A stretch of 64,000 nucleotides of DNA, from the NCBI GenBank assembly GCA_963715195.1, contig CAVQRT010000003.1, positions 1 to 64,000 of the forward strand, read 5' to 3'. The notes below the pieces were generated by a model. It ran no database searches and was not told the DNA's origin. It was given only the letters and a program-made list of their open reading frames with translations. This stretch comes from Thermodesulfovibrionales bacterium. GTDB taxonomy: Bacteria; Nitrospirota; Thermodesulfovibrionia; Thermodesulfovibrionales; SM23-35. A program made the position numbers and the translations under genes. This document shows, one piece after another, positions 41,322-51,505 of this stretch; within the stretch, counting starts at the first letter, position 1; every line of letters begins with the position of its first letter.

Positions 41322-42683
41322 TCACTGACCGGTTGCCTCTTTAATGCTCTTCGCAACAACCTTCATGAGCTGAGTAAGATTCTGTTTGCTGATCGTAAGA
41401 GGCGGCATAATGACAATGATGTTTCCAAGCGGCCTGATGAAGACGCCGTGTTCGCGGGCACGGTGTGCCACTTGCCATCCCATCTTCTCTTCCCAGTTAT
41501 AGGGGCTCTTTGTTTCCCCGTCCTTCACAAGTTCTATCCCCGCCATAAAACCTGCGTTTCTGACATCCCCGACATGAGTCAGTTGCAGTATTTCCTGAAG
41601 ATGCGTTTCAAGGAGCGCGATGTTGTCGCGGAGGGTTTCAATCACATTCTCTCTTTCGAAAAGGTCGAGGCATGCAAGCGCAGCAGCGCAGGCGAGCGGA
41701 TTCCCCGTGTATGAATGGCCGTGGAAAAATGTTTTCAGTTCACTGAACTGCCCGAGGAATGCATCATAGATTTCATCAGTTGCGAGTGTTACCGCCAAAG
41801 GCATATATCCACCGGTTATTCCCTTCGACAAACAGAGAATATCAGGCACGACGTCTTCATGCTCGCAGGCAAACATTTTCCCGGTTCTTCCGAAACCGGT
41901 TGCAACTTCATCAGCAATCATCAGGATATTGTATTTACTGCACAATTCTCTCACACCTCTCAGATATCCTGGAGGTGAAGCAATCATTCCTCCTGCAGCC
42001 TGAATGAGCGGTTCAAGAATCAGCCCCGCGATTTCCTCCGAATGGTCATGGAGGATTGTGTCCATCTCCTGAAGACATGCTAAATTGCAGCCGGGAAACG
42101 CCTTGCCGAGTTCACACCGGTAGCAGTAGGGAGAGGGTGCCTTATACGCATGAAACAGCAATGGTTCGAATGTTTTATGGAATATGTCAACGCCTCCGAC
42201 ACTTACCGCTCCGATCGTATCTCCGTGATAGGCATTTTTGAGGGACAGGAAGCTATTCCTGCCGTCAATGCCTTTATGCTTCCAGTATTGAAAGGCCATT
42301 TTTAGGGCAACTTCGACCGCGGTCGAACCGTTATCGGAATAGAAGACCTTATGAAGAGAAGTAGGCGCTAAATGCACTAGCTTTTCCGCAAGGTTAATTG
42401 CAGGGACATTACTGAGCCCCAGCAATGTGCTGTGTGCTATCCTGTCAAGCTGTTTCCTGATTGCATCATCGATCTCCTTTTTTCGATGCCCGAAGAGGTT
42501 AACCCACAGTGAAGAAACCCCGTCGAGATACCACCGGCCATATGAGTCTTTTATGAAGCAATCCCTGCCCTCAGTAATGACAAGAGGAGGTTCCTCCAGC
42601 CACTCCTTCATCTGGGTAAAGGGATGCCAAATGTATTGCCTGTCAAGCTCTTCGAGCTTTCTGTTGTCTTCAGATATACCCAT
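41322..42683 (-). CDS. bioA: Adenosylmethionine--8-amino-7-oxononanoate transaminase
   Basis: 'IWHPFTQM', 'YHGDT', 'ADEVATGFGRTG', 'HGHSYTGNP'. Confidence 0.95.
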   Translation of the reverse strand: MGISEDNRKLEELDRQYIWHPFTQMKEWLEEPPLVITEGRDCFIKDSYGRWYLDGVSSLWVNLFGHRKKEIDDAIRKQLDRIAHSTLLGLSNVPAINLAEKLVHLAPTSLHKVFYSDNGSTAVEVALKMAFQYWKHKGIDGRNSFLSLKNAYHGDTIGAVSVGGVDIFHKTFEPLLFHAYKAPSPYCYRCELGKAFPGCNLACLQEMDTILHDHSEEIAGLILEPLIQAAGGMIASPPGYLRGVRELCSKYNILMIADEVATGFGRTGKMFACEHEDVVPDILCLSKGITGGYMPLAVTLATDEIYDAFLGQFSELKTFFHGHSYTGNPLACAAALACLDLFERENVIETLRDNIALLETHLQEILQLTHVGDVRNAGFMAGIELVKDGETKSPYNWEEKMGWQVAHRAREHGVFIRPLGNIIVIMPPLTISKQNLTQLMKVVAKSIKEATGQ

Positions 42684-42701
42684 GCCAAACGATAAGAAAA
42701 T

Positions 42702-43574
42702 TTAAAGCCATATCGTTATAATTCTGTCAATACCCGCATAATCCTTTCTCAAAGTAGTATGCCCATATCCCGCTGCCTTTGCAATTTCCTGCACCGCATC
42801 TGTCTGACCCATACCCATTTCAAACATGACAAGGCCTTTACTGCGCAGATACTTTTTCGCTTCAGGAATTATTATCTTGAAGTAATCGAGCCCGTCTTCT
42901 CCCCCGTTGAGGGCATCAACAGGCTCCCAGTCCTTCACTTCGGGTTGCAAGTACTTTATCTCAGCAGTCCTGACATAGGGAGGATTCGATATGATCAGTT
43001 CGAATGCCGGACACGAGAGGTGAGATGCGAGTTTTTCCGCAAGAGGCTCAAAGAAGGAACCTTTCAAAAATGTGACGTTTTGAATGCCGTTGGCCCTTGC
43101 ATTTTCTTCGGCATAGTGAATTGCGGTTTCTGATGTATCGGTACCGTAAACTGCAGAACCCGGAAATGCTTTCGCAAGAGCAAGCGCAATGCATCCGGTG
43201 CCGGTGCAGAGATCAAGAAATCTGAGTTGTGAGTCGTGAGCTTCGAGTTTCGCAATCGACCCAACAGCTTCTTCAACCAATAATTCCGTCTCAGGCCGTG
43301 GGATGAGAACACCCGGCCCTACCCTTATTACAAGACCATGGAATTCTGTGTACCCGAGAACATACTGGAGTGGCTCCCTTTGGGCTCTCCTCTGAAGGTA
43401 CGTTTCGATGTGCTGCATCACTTTCTCCCCGATCTCGGGATTGTCCCGGAATAGGTTCATGCGATTCATCCCGAGACAATGAGCAATGATCTCCTCAGCT
43501 TCATTCTGCGGATTACCGATGTCGGCGTGCAGCAGCAACTCACGGGCATCCCGAAGTTTAACGAGGGCTCTCAT
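42702..43574 (-). CDS. prmC: Release factor glutamine methyltransferase
   Basis: 'EPLQYVLG', 'LIPRPETE', 'DLCTGTG', 'SNPPY'. Confidence 0.95.
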   Translation of the reverse strand: MRALVKLRDARELLLHADIGNPQNEAEEIIAHCLGMNRMNLFRDNPEIGEKVMQHIETYLQRRAQREPLQYVLGYTEFHGLVIRVGPGVLIPRPETELLVEEAVGSIAKLEAHDSQLRFLDLCTGTGCIALALAKAFPGSAVYGTDTSETAIHYAEENARANGIQNVTFLKGSFFEPLAEKLASHLSCPAFELIISNPPYVRTAEIKYLQPEVKDWEPVDALNGGEDGLDYFKIIIPEAKKYLRSKGLVMFEMGMGQTDAVQEIAKAAGYGHTTLRKDYAGIDRIITIWL

Positions 43575-43633
43575 GCATATCACGCCGGGCGGAACTTGTC
43601 ATGGTTCATTTCGCTCGATCCATACTTCACCGC

Positions 43634-44512
43634 TCACTGAGCCGTTACAATCAGCACAAAACCTGCGAGCATTATTATAGCCCCCGCAAGTCTCTCTTTG
43701 ATATGCTTTTCTCTGAAGAGAAAATACCCGTACAGTACGCCTATGAGGACACTTATTCTCTTAAGGGAAATCATATACGCGACATTTGTGAGGCTGATAG
43801 CTGTCATATGGGAAACTACCATGATTCCGTAGAACATCCCTGGTACAAAGAGTTCCCGGTAGTATTTATTCGTGACAAATTGTCTTATATCATGCCTTCC
43901 TTTCCATAAGGCAACCGGTGCAAGAAAGAGGGTCAAAAATATAACATATATTGCACCAAAAAAGAGCGGAGACGAATGTATGATTGCCATTTTTCCGAGA
44001 GACGAAGTAACGCTGTAAATCAGAGCGACGCCTATCATGAGGACAGAACCTTTCTCCTTTGCGATAGCTTTGATGGGATTAAGGATCCCCTTCTGAAACT
44101 CATGGAAATGGAGAACATAACTTCCACCTGCGAGGAGAAAAATTCCAGTTACACCTTGTAAAGAGATTTTTTCTCCGAGTATTGCATATGAGACAACAAT
44201 AACGAAAACAGGGGTGAGAGACAGAAACGGAAGTGTCAGACTGAGCGGAGAGAGTCTCAATGCCTTTATATAGAGAATTACTGAGATTATTTCGAGAGGT
44301 AAGGCGATGATAAAGGCTATGAAAAATTCAAGGTCAAGATGTGGCCGTGGGAGCACTATAAGAAAAGCAACGAGAACAGGGATCGAAAAAAGAAGTCTGA
44401 ACCATGCAACAAGATATTCGTTATGTACCTCGAGAGTTCTCTTCGTAAGTGCATCACTCGTAGCAAGTGTGAATGCAGAAACAAGCGACAAAAGTATCCA
44501 TAAAGGTGCCAT
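43634..44512 (-). CDS. EamA/DMT family transporter
   Basis: About 10 TM helices in two repeats. Confidence 0.85.
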   Translation of the reverse strand: MAPLWILLSLVSAFTLATSDALTKRTLEVHNEYLVAWFRLLFSIPVLVAFLIVLPRPHLDLEFFIAFIIALPLEIISVILYIKALRLSPLSLTLPFLSLTPVFVIVVSYAILGEKISLQGVTGIFLLAGGSYVLHFHEFQKGILNPIKAIAKEKGSVLMIGVALIYSVTSSLGKMAIIHSSPLFFGAIYVIFLTLFLAPVALWKGRHDIRQFVTNKYYRELFVPGMFYGIMVVSHMTAISLTNVAYMISLKRISVLIGVLYGYFLFREKHIKERLAGAIIMLAGFVLIVTAQ

Positions 44513-44569
44513 GCATAATAATAGTACTGCAAAACGCTAACTTTATGAAATATTTATATTTTTTATCAA

Positions 44570-44598
44570 TTGACTAATTCTTCAAGATGTGGTATACA
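44570..44598 (+). promoter_or_regulatory. Candidate sigma70 promoter for the fdh operon
   Basis: TTGACT-17 bp-TATACA with upstream TG. Confidence 0.45.
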
Positions 44599-44676
44599 TG
44601 AGACAAATTAATCACTGTAAGAAACTGGATTCATACGTAGCCTGTAAGTAATAAGGATGCATTTAACATAGTGTTA

Positions 44677-44692
44677 TGGCAAAGTCATTGTA
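44677..44692 (+). promoter_or_regulatory. Candidate sigma54 promoter for the fdh operon
   Basis: TGGCAA-AGTCA-TTGTA, close to the TGGCAC-N5-TTGC consensus, just upstream of the RBS. Confidence 0.45.
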
Positions 44693-44719
44693 TTAATAAT
44701 CAAAGAAAGGAGGGTATTC

Positions 44720-47700
44720 ATGAGTATTGTAACACGCAGAGACTTTTTGAAAATCTCTGGGGTGGCTGCAGCAGGACTGACCCTGAGTCAACTCGGATTT
44801 GACCTCACGGCTGCGGAAGCTCCATGCCGCTGAACTTCGAACAGTCTCTTCGCATCAAAGGAGCAAAGGAAACTCCTTCCATATGCTGCTATTGTTCAGT
44901 CGGATGTGGAATTTTGGTATCAACAGATGCAAAGGGAACGGTTATAAATGCAGAAGGTGACCCCGATCATCCAATCAGCGAGGGTGCTTTATGCGCAAAA
45001 GGCGCCTGCAGCCTACCAGATTGCGGTCAATGATAACCGTCTGAAGAAAGTGCGCTACCGGGCTCCGAACAGTGATAAGTGGAAAGAGGTGAGCTGGGAG
45101 TGGGCACTGGACAAAATCGCAGCAAATATCAAGAAGAGCAGGGACAAAAGCTTTGTCGAGAAGAACAAAGACGGCAAAGTTGTAAACAGAACCGATGGGA
45201 TAGCATCAGTCGGAAGTGCAGCGCTGGACAACGAGGAATGCTGGCTGTATCAGACGTTCCTCAGATCGCTCGGCCTCGTATATATTGAGCATCAGGCCCG
45301 CATATGACACAGCGCCACGGTAGCGGCTCTGGGAGAGTCGTTCGGACGCGGCGCAATGACAAACCATTACATTGATTTCAGGAATTCTGATGTCATCCTC
45401 AACATGGGCGGTAATGTGGCGGAAAATCACCCGGTTTCCTTCAAATGGGTTCAGGCTGCACGCGAGAAAGGTTCAACATTCATCCATGTAGATCCCCGTT
45501 TTACCAGGACTTCTTCGAAAGCTGATATCTATGCCCGGCTCCGCTCAGGAACGGATATCGCATTTCTCGGCGGCATGATAAAGTATATCCTCGACAATAA
45601 TCTTTATGATGATTTTTATGTCAAAAACTATACGAATGCACCATTCATGTTAACCGATAAGTATAGTTCTTCTGACGGTTTGTTTGCTGGGTATGACCCT
45701 ACGAAACGGTCGTATGATAAATCGTTCTGGGCCTTCGAGAAGGATGAAAAAGGAATCCCCAGAAAAGACATGTCTCTCAATGATGAGAGGTGCGTATTCC
45801 AGCACCTCAAGAAACATTACTCCCGGTACACCATGGAAAAGGTTGTCACCATAACGGGAACCCCGCAAGAAGATCTGGAGACGGTATATAAAACATATGC
45901 TGCAACAGGCGTCCCTGAGAAATCAGCGACTATTCTTTACGCAATGGGATGGACGCAGCATACTGTCGGAACTCAGAATATCCGTGCCATGGCTATGATC
46001 CAGCTCCTCCTCGGGAATATGGGGATAGCCGGAGGTGGAGTGAATGCCCTCCGCGGCGAATCGAATGTTCAGGGTTCAACGGACCATGCGCTCCTGTTCC
46101 ATATTATTCCCGCTTACATGCCTACTCCGAGAGCTAAATGGCAGACCCTCGCAGACTATAATGCAACGACACCCAAGACCAGCGACCCAAGAAGCGCAAA
46201 CTGGTGGCAGAACAGACCCAAGTATATAGCTAGCCTTTTGAAATCCATGTTTGGCGACAAGGCTTCAAAAGACAATGATTTCGGTTATTCCTGGCTGCCG
46301 AAGCTTGAGGATACGCAGAACGCATCCTGGTTAGTGTTATTCGATGAAATGTATAAAGGGAAGTTCACCGGTTTGTTTGCCTGGGGGATGAACCCTGCCT
46401 GTTCAAGCGCAAACGCAGGTAAAGCGAGAGAAGCTCTCACAAAACTCGACTGGATGGTGAATGTGAATCTTTTTGACAATGAGACAGGCTCATTCTGGAA
46501 GGGACCGGGAATGGATCCGAAGAAGGTCAAGACCGAGGTCTTCCAGTTCCCCTGTGCTGCATTTATGGAAAAGGAAGGGAGCATATCACAATAGCGGCCG
46601 TTGGAGTCAATGGCGATGGAAAGCGGCAAATCCACCCGGGACAGGCGATGCCGGACAGTGAGATCATGTATGCACTCATGAAGAAAGTGAAGGCACTGTA
46701 TGAAAAAGACAAAGGGGCTTTTCCTGATCCTATTCTGAACCTGAAATGGGACTACGAAACAAGCCGAAAGTTTGATATCCACAAAGTTGCGAAAGAGATT
46801 AATGGATACGATCTTGCGACTGGTAAACTGGTAGCTAACTTTACCAAATTGAAAGATGACGGAACAACTTCTTGCGGGAATTGGCTCTTCTCAGGTAGTT
46901 ACACAGAAGACGGGAACATGGCAGCCCGCAGGAAGAAAGACGATCCCACTGGCCTGGGTCTTTTCCCGCAATGGGCATGGTGCTGGCCGGTCAACAGGCG
47001 TATTATTTACAATCGTGCCTCAGTTGATCTGGAAGGAAAACCGCGTAATCCGGCAAAGGCCATTGTAAAGTGGGATCTTGAAGCTAAAAAATGGATAGGT
47101 GATGTTCCTGACGGCGGATGGCCTCCGATGGGCACAGATGGATACTACCCGTTTATCATGAAACCGGACGGGGTTTCTTCAATCTTCGGTTCGGGTCTGG
47201 CAGACGGTCCGTTCCCTGAGCATTATGAGCCGCTGGAGTGTCCGATTGAAAAGAATATTATGTCCAGCCAGAGGATAAATCCTGTCATAAAGATATTTGA
47301 GGGCGGACCGGATACTTTCGCAACATGTAATCCGAAGTACCCCTTCGTATGCACTACATACAGGGTAACAGAACACTGGCAGACGGGAGTTCTCACACGC
47401 TGGTTACCCTGGCTAATCGAAGTTGAACCCCAGATATTCTGTGAGATAAGCCAGGAGCTTGCTAAATTGAGAGGGATCGAAAACGGTGACAAGGTGCTCG
47501 TGGAAACCTCTCGCGGCAAGGTGGAAGCAACCGCGATGGTTACCTTACGATTCAAACCTTTCGTGATCGCAGGCCAGACGGTCCATCAAATTGGGCTTGC
47601 CGTGGCACTTTGGCTGGCTCCATCCGAAGGACGGCGGTGACAGTGCAAACTTGCTCACCCCGACAGTCGGTGATCCAAACACAATGATACCCGAGTCAAA

Positions 47701-47755
47701 GGCATTCATGGCAAACGTGACAAAAATAACGGCTAAAAAAGCCGCGAAAGCCTAA
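44720..47755 (+). CDS. fdnG: Formate dehydrogenase alpha subunit, selenocysteine-containing, Tat-exported; five frameshift points as sequenced
   Basis: Tat motif TRRDFLK; CCYCSVGC; 'EHQARI-TGA-HSATV' at 45305; frame changes near 44822-44838, 45007, 46589, 46641, 47597; corrected length ~1009 aa. Confidence 0.92.
45311..45330 (+). promoter_or_regulatory. Candidate SECIS hairpin of fdnG
   Basis: Imperfect GC-rich stem GCCAC-GGTA-GCGGC just 3' of the in-frame TGA. Confidence 0.55.
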
Positions 47756-47770
47756 GGGAGGTGAGATACT

Positions 47771-48475
47771 ATGGCCGATAAATCATTTTTTGTAGATACG
47801 ACAAAATGTACAGCCTGCAGAGGGTGTCAAGTAGCTTGCAAGCAGTGGAATATGAATCCTGCAACAAAGACCTTGCAAAGAGGAACCCATCAAAATCCGG
47901 AAGATCTCTGCTTTGTCACGTACAAACTGGTCAGATTCAGTGAATTTGAAGAAAACGGGAAGCCGGTATGGTATTTCTTTTCAGACCAGTGCAGGCATTG
48001 CACTACTCCGCCCTGCAAACTAGTTGCCGAGTCGCTCAATGTAAAAGCCATCACCCAGGACGAAGCGACGGGCGCTGTTCTCTATAACCCGAGGATGAAA
48101 GTCAAAGAGAAGGATTTCAAGGAAATACGCGGAGCCTGCCCCTGGGACATTCCCCGATGGGACCCAAAGACCCAGGGTATGGCAAAATGCACCATGTGCA
48201 TCGACCGGATCAAGGAAGGCCTTCTGCCGGCCTGTGTAAAAACCTGCCCGACCGGCGCTCTGAATTTCGGGGATAGGGATAAAATTCTCGCTATGGCAAA
48301 AGAACGTCTCGGGGAAGTCAAAAAGAAATACCCAAAAGCTGAACTCCTGAATCACGATTTCGTACGCACCATCTTCCTTGTGGTTGACGACCCTAAGAAG
48401 TATCATAAATTCGCTGAGGTCAGCGATGAGACGGTCATTGCATCGCTGAGCAGCATTGCGGTACCGGTAGGGTAA
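47771..48475 (+). CDS. fdnH: Formate dehydrogenase iron-sulfur (beta) subunit
   Basis: CTACRGCQVAC, CRHC..PPC, KCTMC...PACVKTCP. Confidence 0.9.
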   Translation: MADKSFFVDTTKCTACRGCQVACKQWNMNPATKTLQRGTHQNPEDLCFVTYKLVRFSEFEENGKPVWYFFSDQCRHCTTPPCKLVAESLNVKAITQDEATGAVLYNPRMKVKEKDFKEIRGACPWDIPRWDPKTQGMAKCTMCIDRIKEGLLPACVKTCPTGALNFGDRDKILAMAKERLGEVKKKYPKAELLNHDFVRTIFLVVDDPKKYHKFAEVSDETVIASLSSIAVPVG

Positions 48476-48493
48476 ATCGAAAATAAACCGTTT

Positions 48494-48542
48494 TAAAAAA
48501 AACGGCTTGTTCCCTGCTTTTTCCGGAGCAAGCCGTTTTTTT
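48494..48542 (+). terminator. Putative terminator between fdnH and fdhE
   Basis: AAAAAAACGGCTTGTTCC...GGAGCAAGCCGTTTTTTT. Confidence 0.7.
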
Positions 48543-48560
48543 GTACCTAAGGAGTATTCT

Positions 48561-49424
48561 ATGAACCAGTCGTTTTCCGGGAAAAAAGAACGTATTGATT
48601 TTCTGATAGCGAAGAAGCCTGAATATGCGGATATCCTCCGTTTTTATGGGGACATATTCGAGCTTCAATCAGGCGCCTCCCCCCGTCTGTACCTGAAACT
48701 ACCCAAACCCGAAAAAACCTTTATTGATATCGGGGAAAAGGAAGGTTTTCCCCTCATCAGCAGGGATGACTTCATGATTGACCTTTCGGCCTCGTCCTCA
48801 CTGTTCGAATCAATATGCAATACTGCGAAACATGCAAATGAAAAGATGCACACCACTATTCAAATCCTTGAGGATGCTTTTGCTGTCAATGCCCTCAGAC
48901 ATGAAGAGCTGCTAAAACGTCATGCGGACGATGCATATCTTAATTCCGTCATACGGGATTTCAACGTCGACAAGTCTATCCTGAAATTTCTGATCCATGT
49001 GAGTATTTATCCCTCGCTTCGCGCCCATGCTGAAATGCTGAAGGACCAGATAGATATGAAAAAATGGCTTAGAGGATATTGCCCGATATGCGGTTCACCT
49101 CCTCTCATATCGCAATTCAAATCTGAAGGACATCGTTTCTATCTCTGTTCATTCTGCGGATTTGAATGGCCGGGTGAACGCTTGAAATGCCCCTTCTGCG
49201 AGAACTCCGACCACACGAAACTCCACTATTTTTACGCCGAGGGGGATGAAGCACACAGGGTAGACCTTTGCGATAACTGCAATCAATACATTAAGACTGT
49301 TGACAGCCGCACATTAAATTATGAACCAGACCTTGATCTGGAGGATATCGTTACTATCCACCTCGACATCCTCGCATCAGAAAAGGGCTATAAGCGGCCG
49401 GTTGCTTCCCCCTGGGGGCTTTGA
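48561..49424 (+). CDS. fdhE: Formate dehydrogenase accessory protein FdhE
   Basis: CPICG, CSFC, CPFC, CDNC..YIKT motifs; AAGGAG RBS before ATG 48561. Confidence 0.92.
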   Translation: MNQSFSGKKERIDFLIAKKPEYADILRFYGDIFELQSGASPRLYLKLPKPEKTFIDIGEKEGFPLISRDDFMIDLSASSSLFESICNTAKHANEKMHTTIQILEDAFAVNALRHEELLKRHADDAYLNSVIRDFNVDKSILKFLIHVSIYPSLRAHAEMLKDQIDMKKWLRGYCPICGSPPLISQFKSEGHRFYLCSFCGFEWPGERLKCPFCENSDHTKLHYFYAEGDEAHRVDLCDNCNQYIKTVDSRTLNYEPDLDLEDIVTIHLDILASEKGYKRPVASPWGL

Positions 49425-49450
49425 ACCCAGGTTAGAGTCTCTTTTTCCCA

Positions 49451-51049
49451 TTAATCGTTGATAAAGCAGAAGGGATCTTTTTCTTCAAAAATATTCCGGC
49501 CGAGGCTGTGTGCGACTGCAAGACACCCTCCGCAGACCGGATGGAGCTTACAGGCATGGCACGCTGTGCATCCGGCACGATATCGTTGTGCCTGAGGGGA
49601 GTCATAAATATCAGCAATACTCTGATGAAAGATGTTCCCGAGAGGTGACGGGAATTTCCTGCATGCATGTACCTCACCATCTGAAAGCACTGCGAGGAAA
49701 TTAAAGGCGGCTCCGCAGCCGAATGTGGTGCATCCCCCAAATGCTTCGAAGCCCTGCTTATACCAGCGAATACTCAACATGTTGTCTTTCAGGCCAAGAA
49801 CGGGATACTTCTGAATTGCCTTTTCATAATCATCCAGAAACCTGAGATATTCTTCCTTGTCAGGCAGAGAAAGATGTGCACCTTCTCCGACCATCGAAAG
49901 CCTGTTGAAGTGGAACCGGTCCGCGCGTTTATTGAGGATCTCTGCAAGAGGAAGGATATCGTTCATATTGGTTTTTGTGAGGGTCAGCATTACCATCGAA
50001 AATATATTCAGATCCCTGAGCAGATCGAGGAATTCTATGGTACGCCTGAAATGGCCCTTCCCCCGCATAAAGTCATCCAGTTCCTGCAGTCCTTCAAGGC
50101 TCACCTGAAAATGTGTCGGTTTCTGAATGGAAAGCAGTTCTTCAATTTTACCTCTTTCGGTGGGGTTCCCGAGGATGCCGATGCTGAATCCCCTCTCCGA
50201 AGCTGCTCGGTATAATTCAGGAAAATGAGGATACAGAAAGGGATTGCCGCCGGTAAAGCTTACCGCTTTCACGACATGTCTGTCCCGGCAAAACCTGCGG
50301 ACATCGTCAAGGATTCGTATGCCCTGTTCCAGACTCATCGGCGAACGCGCGCTCCGGTCATAACAATGCCGGCAGTGAAGGTCGCATGCCTGGGTAATGT
50401 GCCACTGCAGAGTAAAGCTGTGCGATGAGAGAAAGCTTTCGTCAATGTAGTCATTGGCAGAGAATACTGATGGATCACGGACGATTTGCGAAGGCGGGGA
50501 GAGGAGGATGCCTTCTTGGACAGCCTCATCAATAATACTATCAATCAGTCCAACCGGTGTATGTCCTTCTGCTGCTGCCATTTCATGATCTATGTTCTCT
50601 TCCGTGATCTTCAGGGCAAGGAGATCACTCTGGGATGCCACCCGGTATCTCACTTTTCTTTCCAGCAGATCTTTCCAGACAAGGACAAGTTCACTACCTG
50701 GCTCCGGCTCAGAATGCACAGTTTTGCTCTCCGGAGTGAGAAGAGAAAGGAGATTTTTCCAGGAGAGGTCCACCAGTCTTAACGTCGGATTCATACAGAC
50801 CTCGGTGGGGTCTTCCGGACCGCTGACATCACTGCCGCGAACGTCATGAATAGTGTATTCGAGGCGGGCGAGATCAGGGAGAAATGTGGGCATTCCCTGT
50901 TCACCCGCCTGAATTAAAATTTGCTTCAGTGATTCAGGTTCATACGGCAATTTTACTTCGCGGATTAACCTGTCCCATCTTTCCGAACCGACAATTGAAC
51001 GGCACGTTGTATAGATATCGGCATGCGCTACTTCCTGAAATGTTTTCAT
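49451..51049 (-). CDS. sbtM: Radical SAM/SPASM peptide maturase, selenobiotic/thio(seleno)oxazole family (SbtM-like)
   Basis: ~210-aa N-terminal extension, 'FTLQWHITQACDLHCRHCYDRS', 'GGCT.FGCGAAFNF', 'HACRKFPSP', SPASM Cys; directly follows an SbtA-like peptide gene. Confidence 0.85.
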   Translation of the reverse strand: MKTFQEVAHADIYTTCRSIVGSERWDRLIREVKLPYEPESLKQILIQAGEQGMPTFLPDLARLEYTIHDVRGSDVSGPEDPTEVCMNPTLRLVDLSWKNLLSLLTPESKTVHSEPEPGSELVLVWKDLLERKVRYRVASQSDLLALKITEENIDHEMAAAEGHTPVGLIDSIIDEAVQEGILLSPPSQIVRDPSVFSANDYIDESFLSSHSFTLQWHITQACDLHCRHCYDRSARSPMSLEQGIRILDDVRRFCRDRHVVKAVSFTGGNPFLYPHFPELYRAASERGFSIGILGNPTERGKIEELLSIQKPTHFQVSLEGLQELDDFMRGKGHFRRTIEFLDLLRDLNIFSMVMLTLTKTNMNDILPLAEILNKRADRFHFNRLSMVGEGAHLSLPDKEEYLRFLDDYEKAIQKYPVLGLKDNMLSIRWYKQGFEAFGGCTTFGCGAAFNFLAVLSDGEVHACRKFPSPLGNIFHQSIADIYDSPQAQRYRAGCTACHACKLHPVCGGCLAVAHSLGRNIFEEKDPFCFIND

Positions 51050-51065
51050 ACAGTTGATGATAGCA

Positions 51066-51082
51066 TAGTGCCAACTGCACTA
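51066..51082 (-). promoter_or_regulatory. Candidate SECIS hairpin of the precursor peptide
   Basis: Minus strand TAGTGC-AGTTG-GCACTA, perfect 6-bp stem starting 12 nt after the in-frame TGA. Confidence 0.6.
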
Positions 51083-51274
51083 TTTTTTCCCTGTTCAACT
51101 GCTCGGAGCAGGGGCTTCCTTGGCCGGTGCAGTTGTTGTCTCAGTTTGTGCCGGGGCTTTGTCCTGGCCCGCCGGAGGCGGTTGCTGCTCAGTCTTACAA
51201 CCAAAACTTACTCCGGTCAGGAGACCGGCAACGCTGAGACCTGCGAGGATCTTTTTGAAATCCTGTTTGTTCAT
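51080..51274 (-). CDS. sbtA: SbtA-like selenobiotic RiPP precursor peptide, 64 aa with Sec at position 60 (not in ORF track)
   Basis: GGAGGTGA RBS; MNKQDFKKILAGLSVAGLLTGVSFGC...APAPSS-TGA-TGKK-TAG; TGA at 51095-51097. Confidence 0.85.
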
Positions 51275-51505
51275 TCTTTCACCTCCTTTTTCAGTTATTG
51301 TGTCTATCCATCAAGGATAGAGTGTAATGAGGAGATAGGTTGCGCCAAAACTATATAGAAAAACTATCTTTCCTGTTTTATTTATAGATGAAGAATATCA
51401 ACTAAGGGATTTCCTGTCAAGGATGCGTATGAATTGCAATATATATATTTCCACAGTATTATGAAACGGTAGAGATATAGTGCCGTTTCTAAACCTTGGG
51501 ATAAT

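Noticed and set aside
51023..51358. Plus-strand ORFs 51023-51358 and 51120-51320
   Set aside because: Antisense shadows of the minus-strand precursor gene, which has the RBS and family motif
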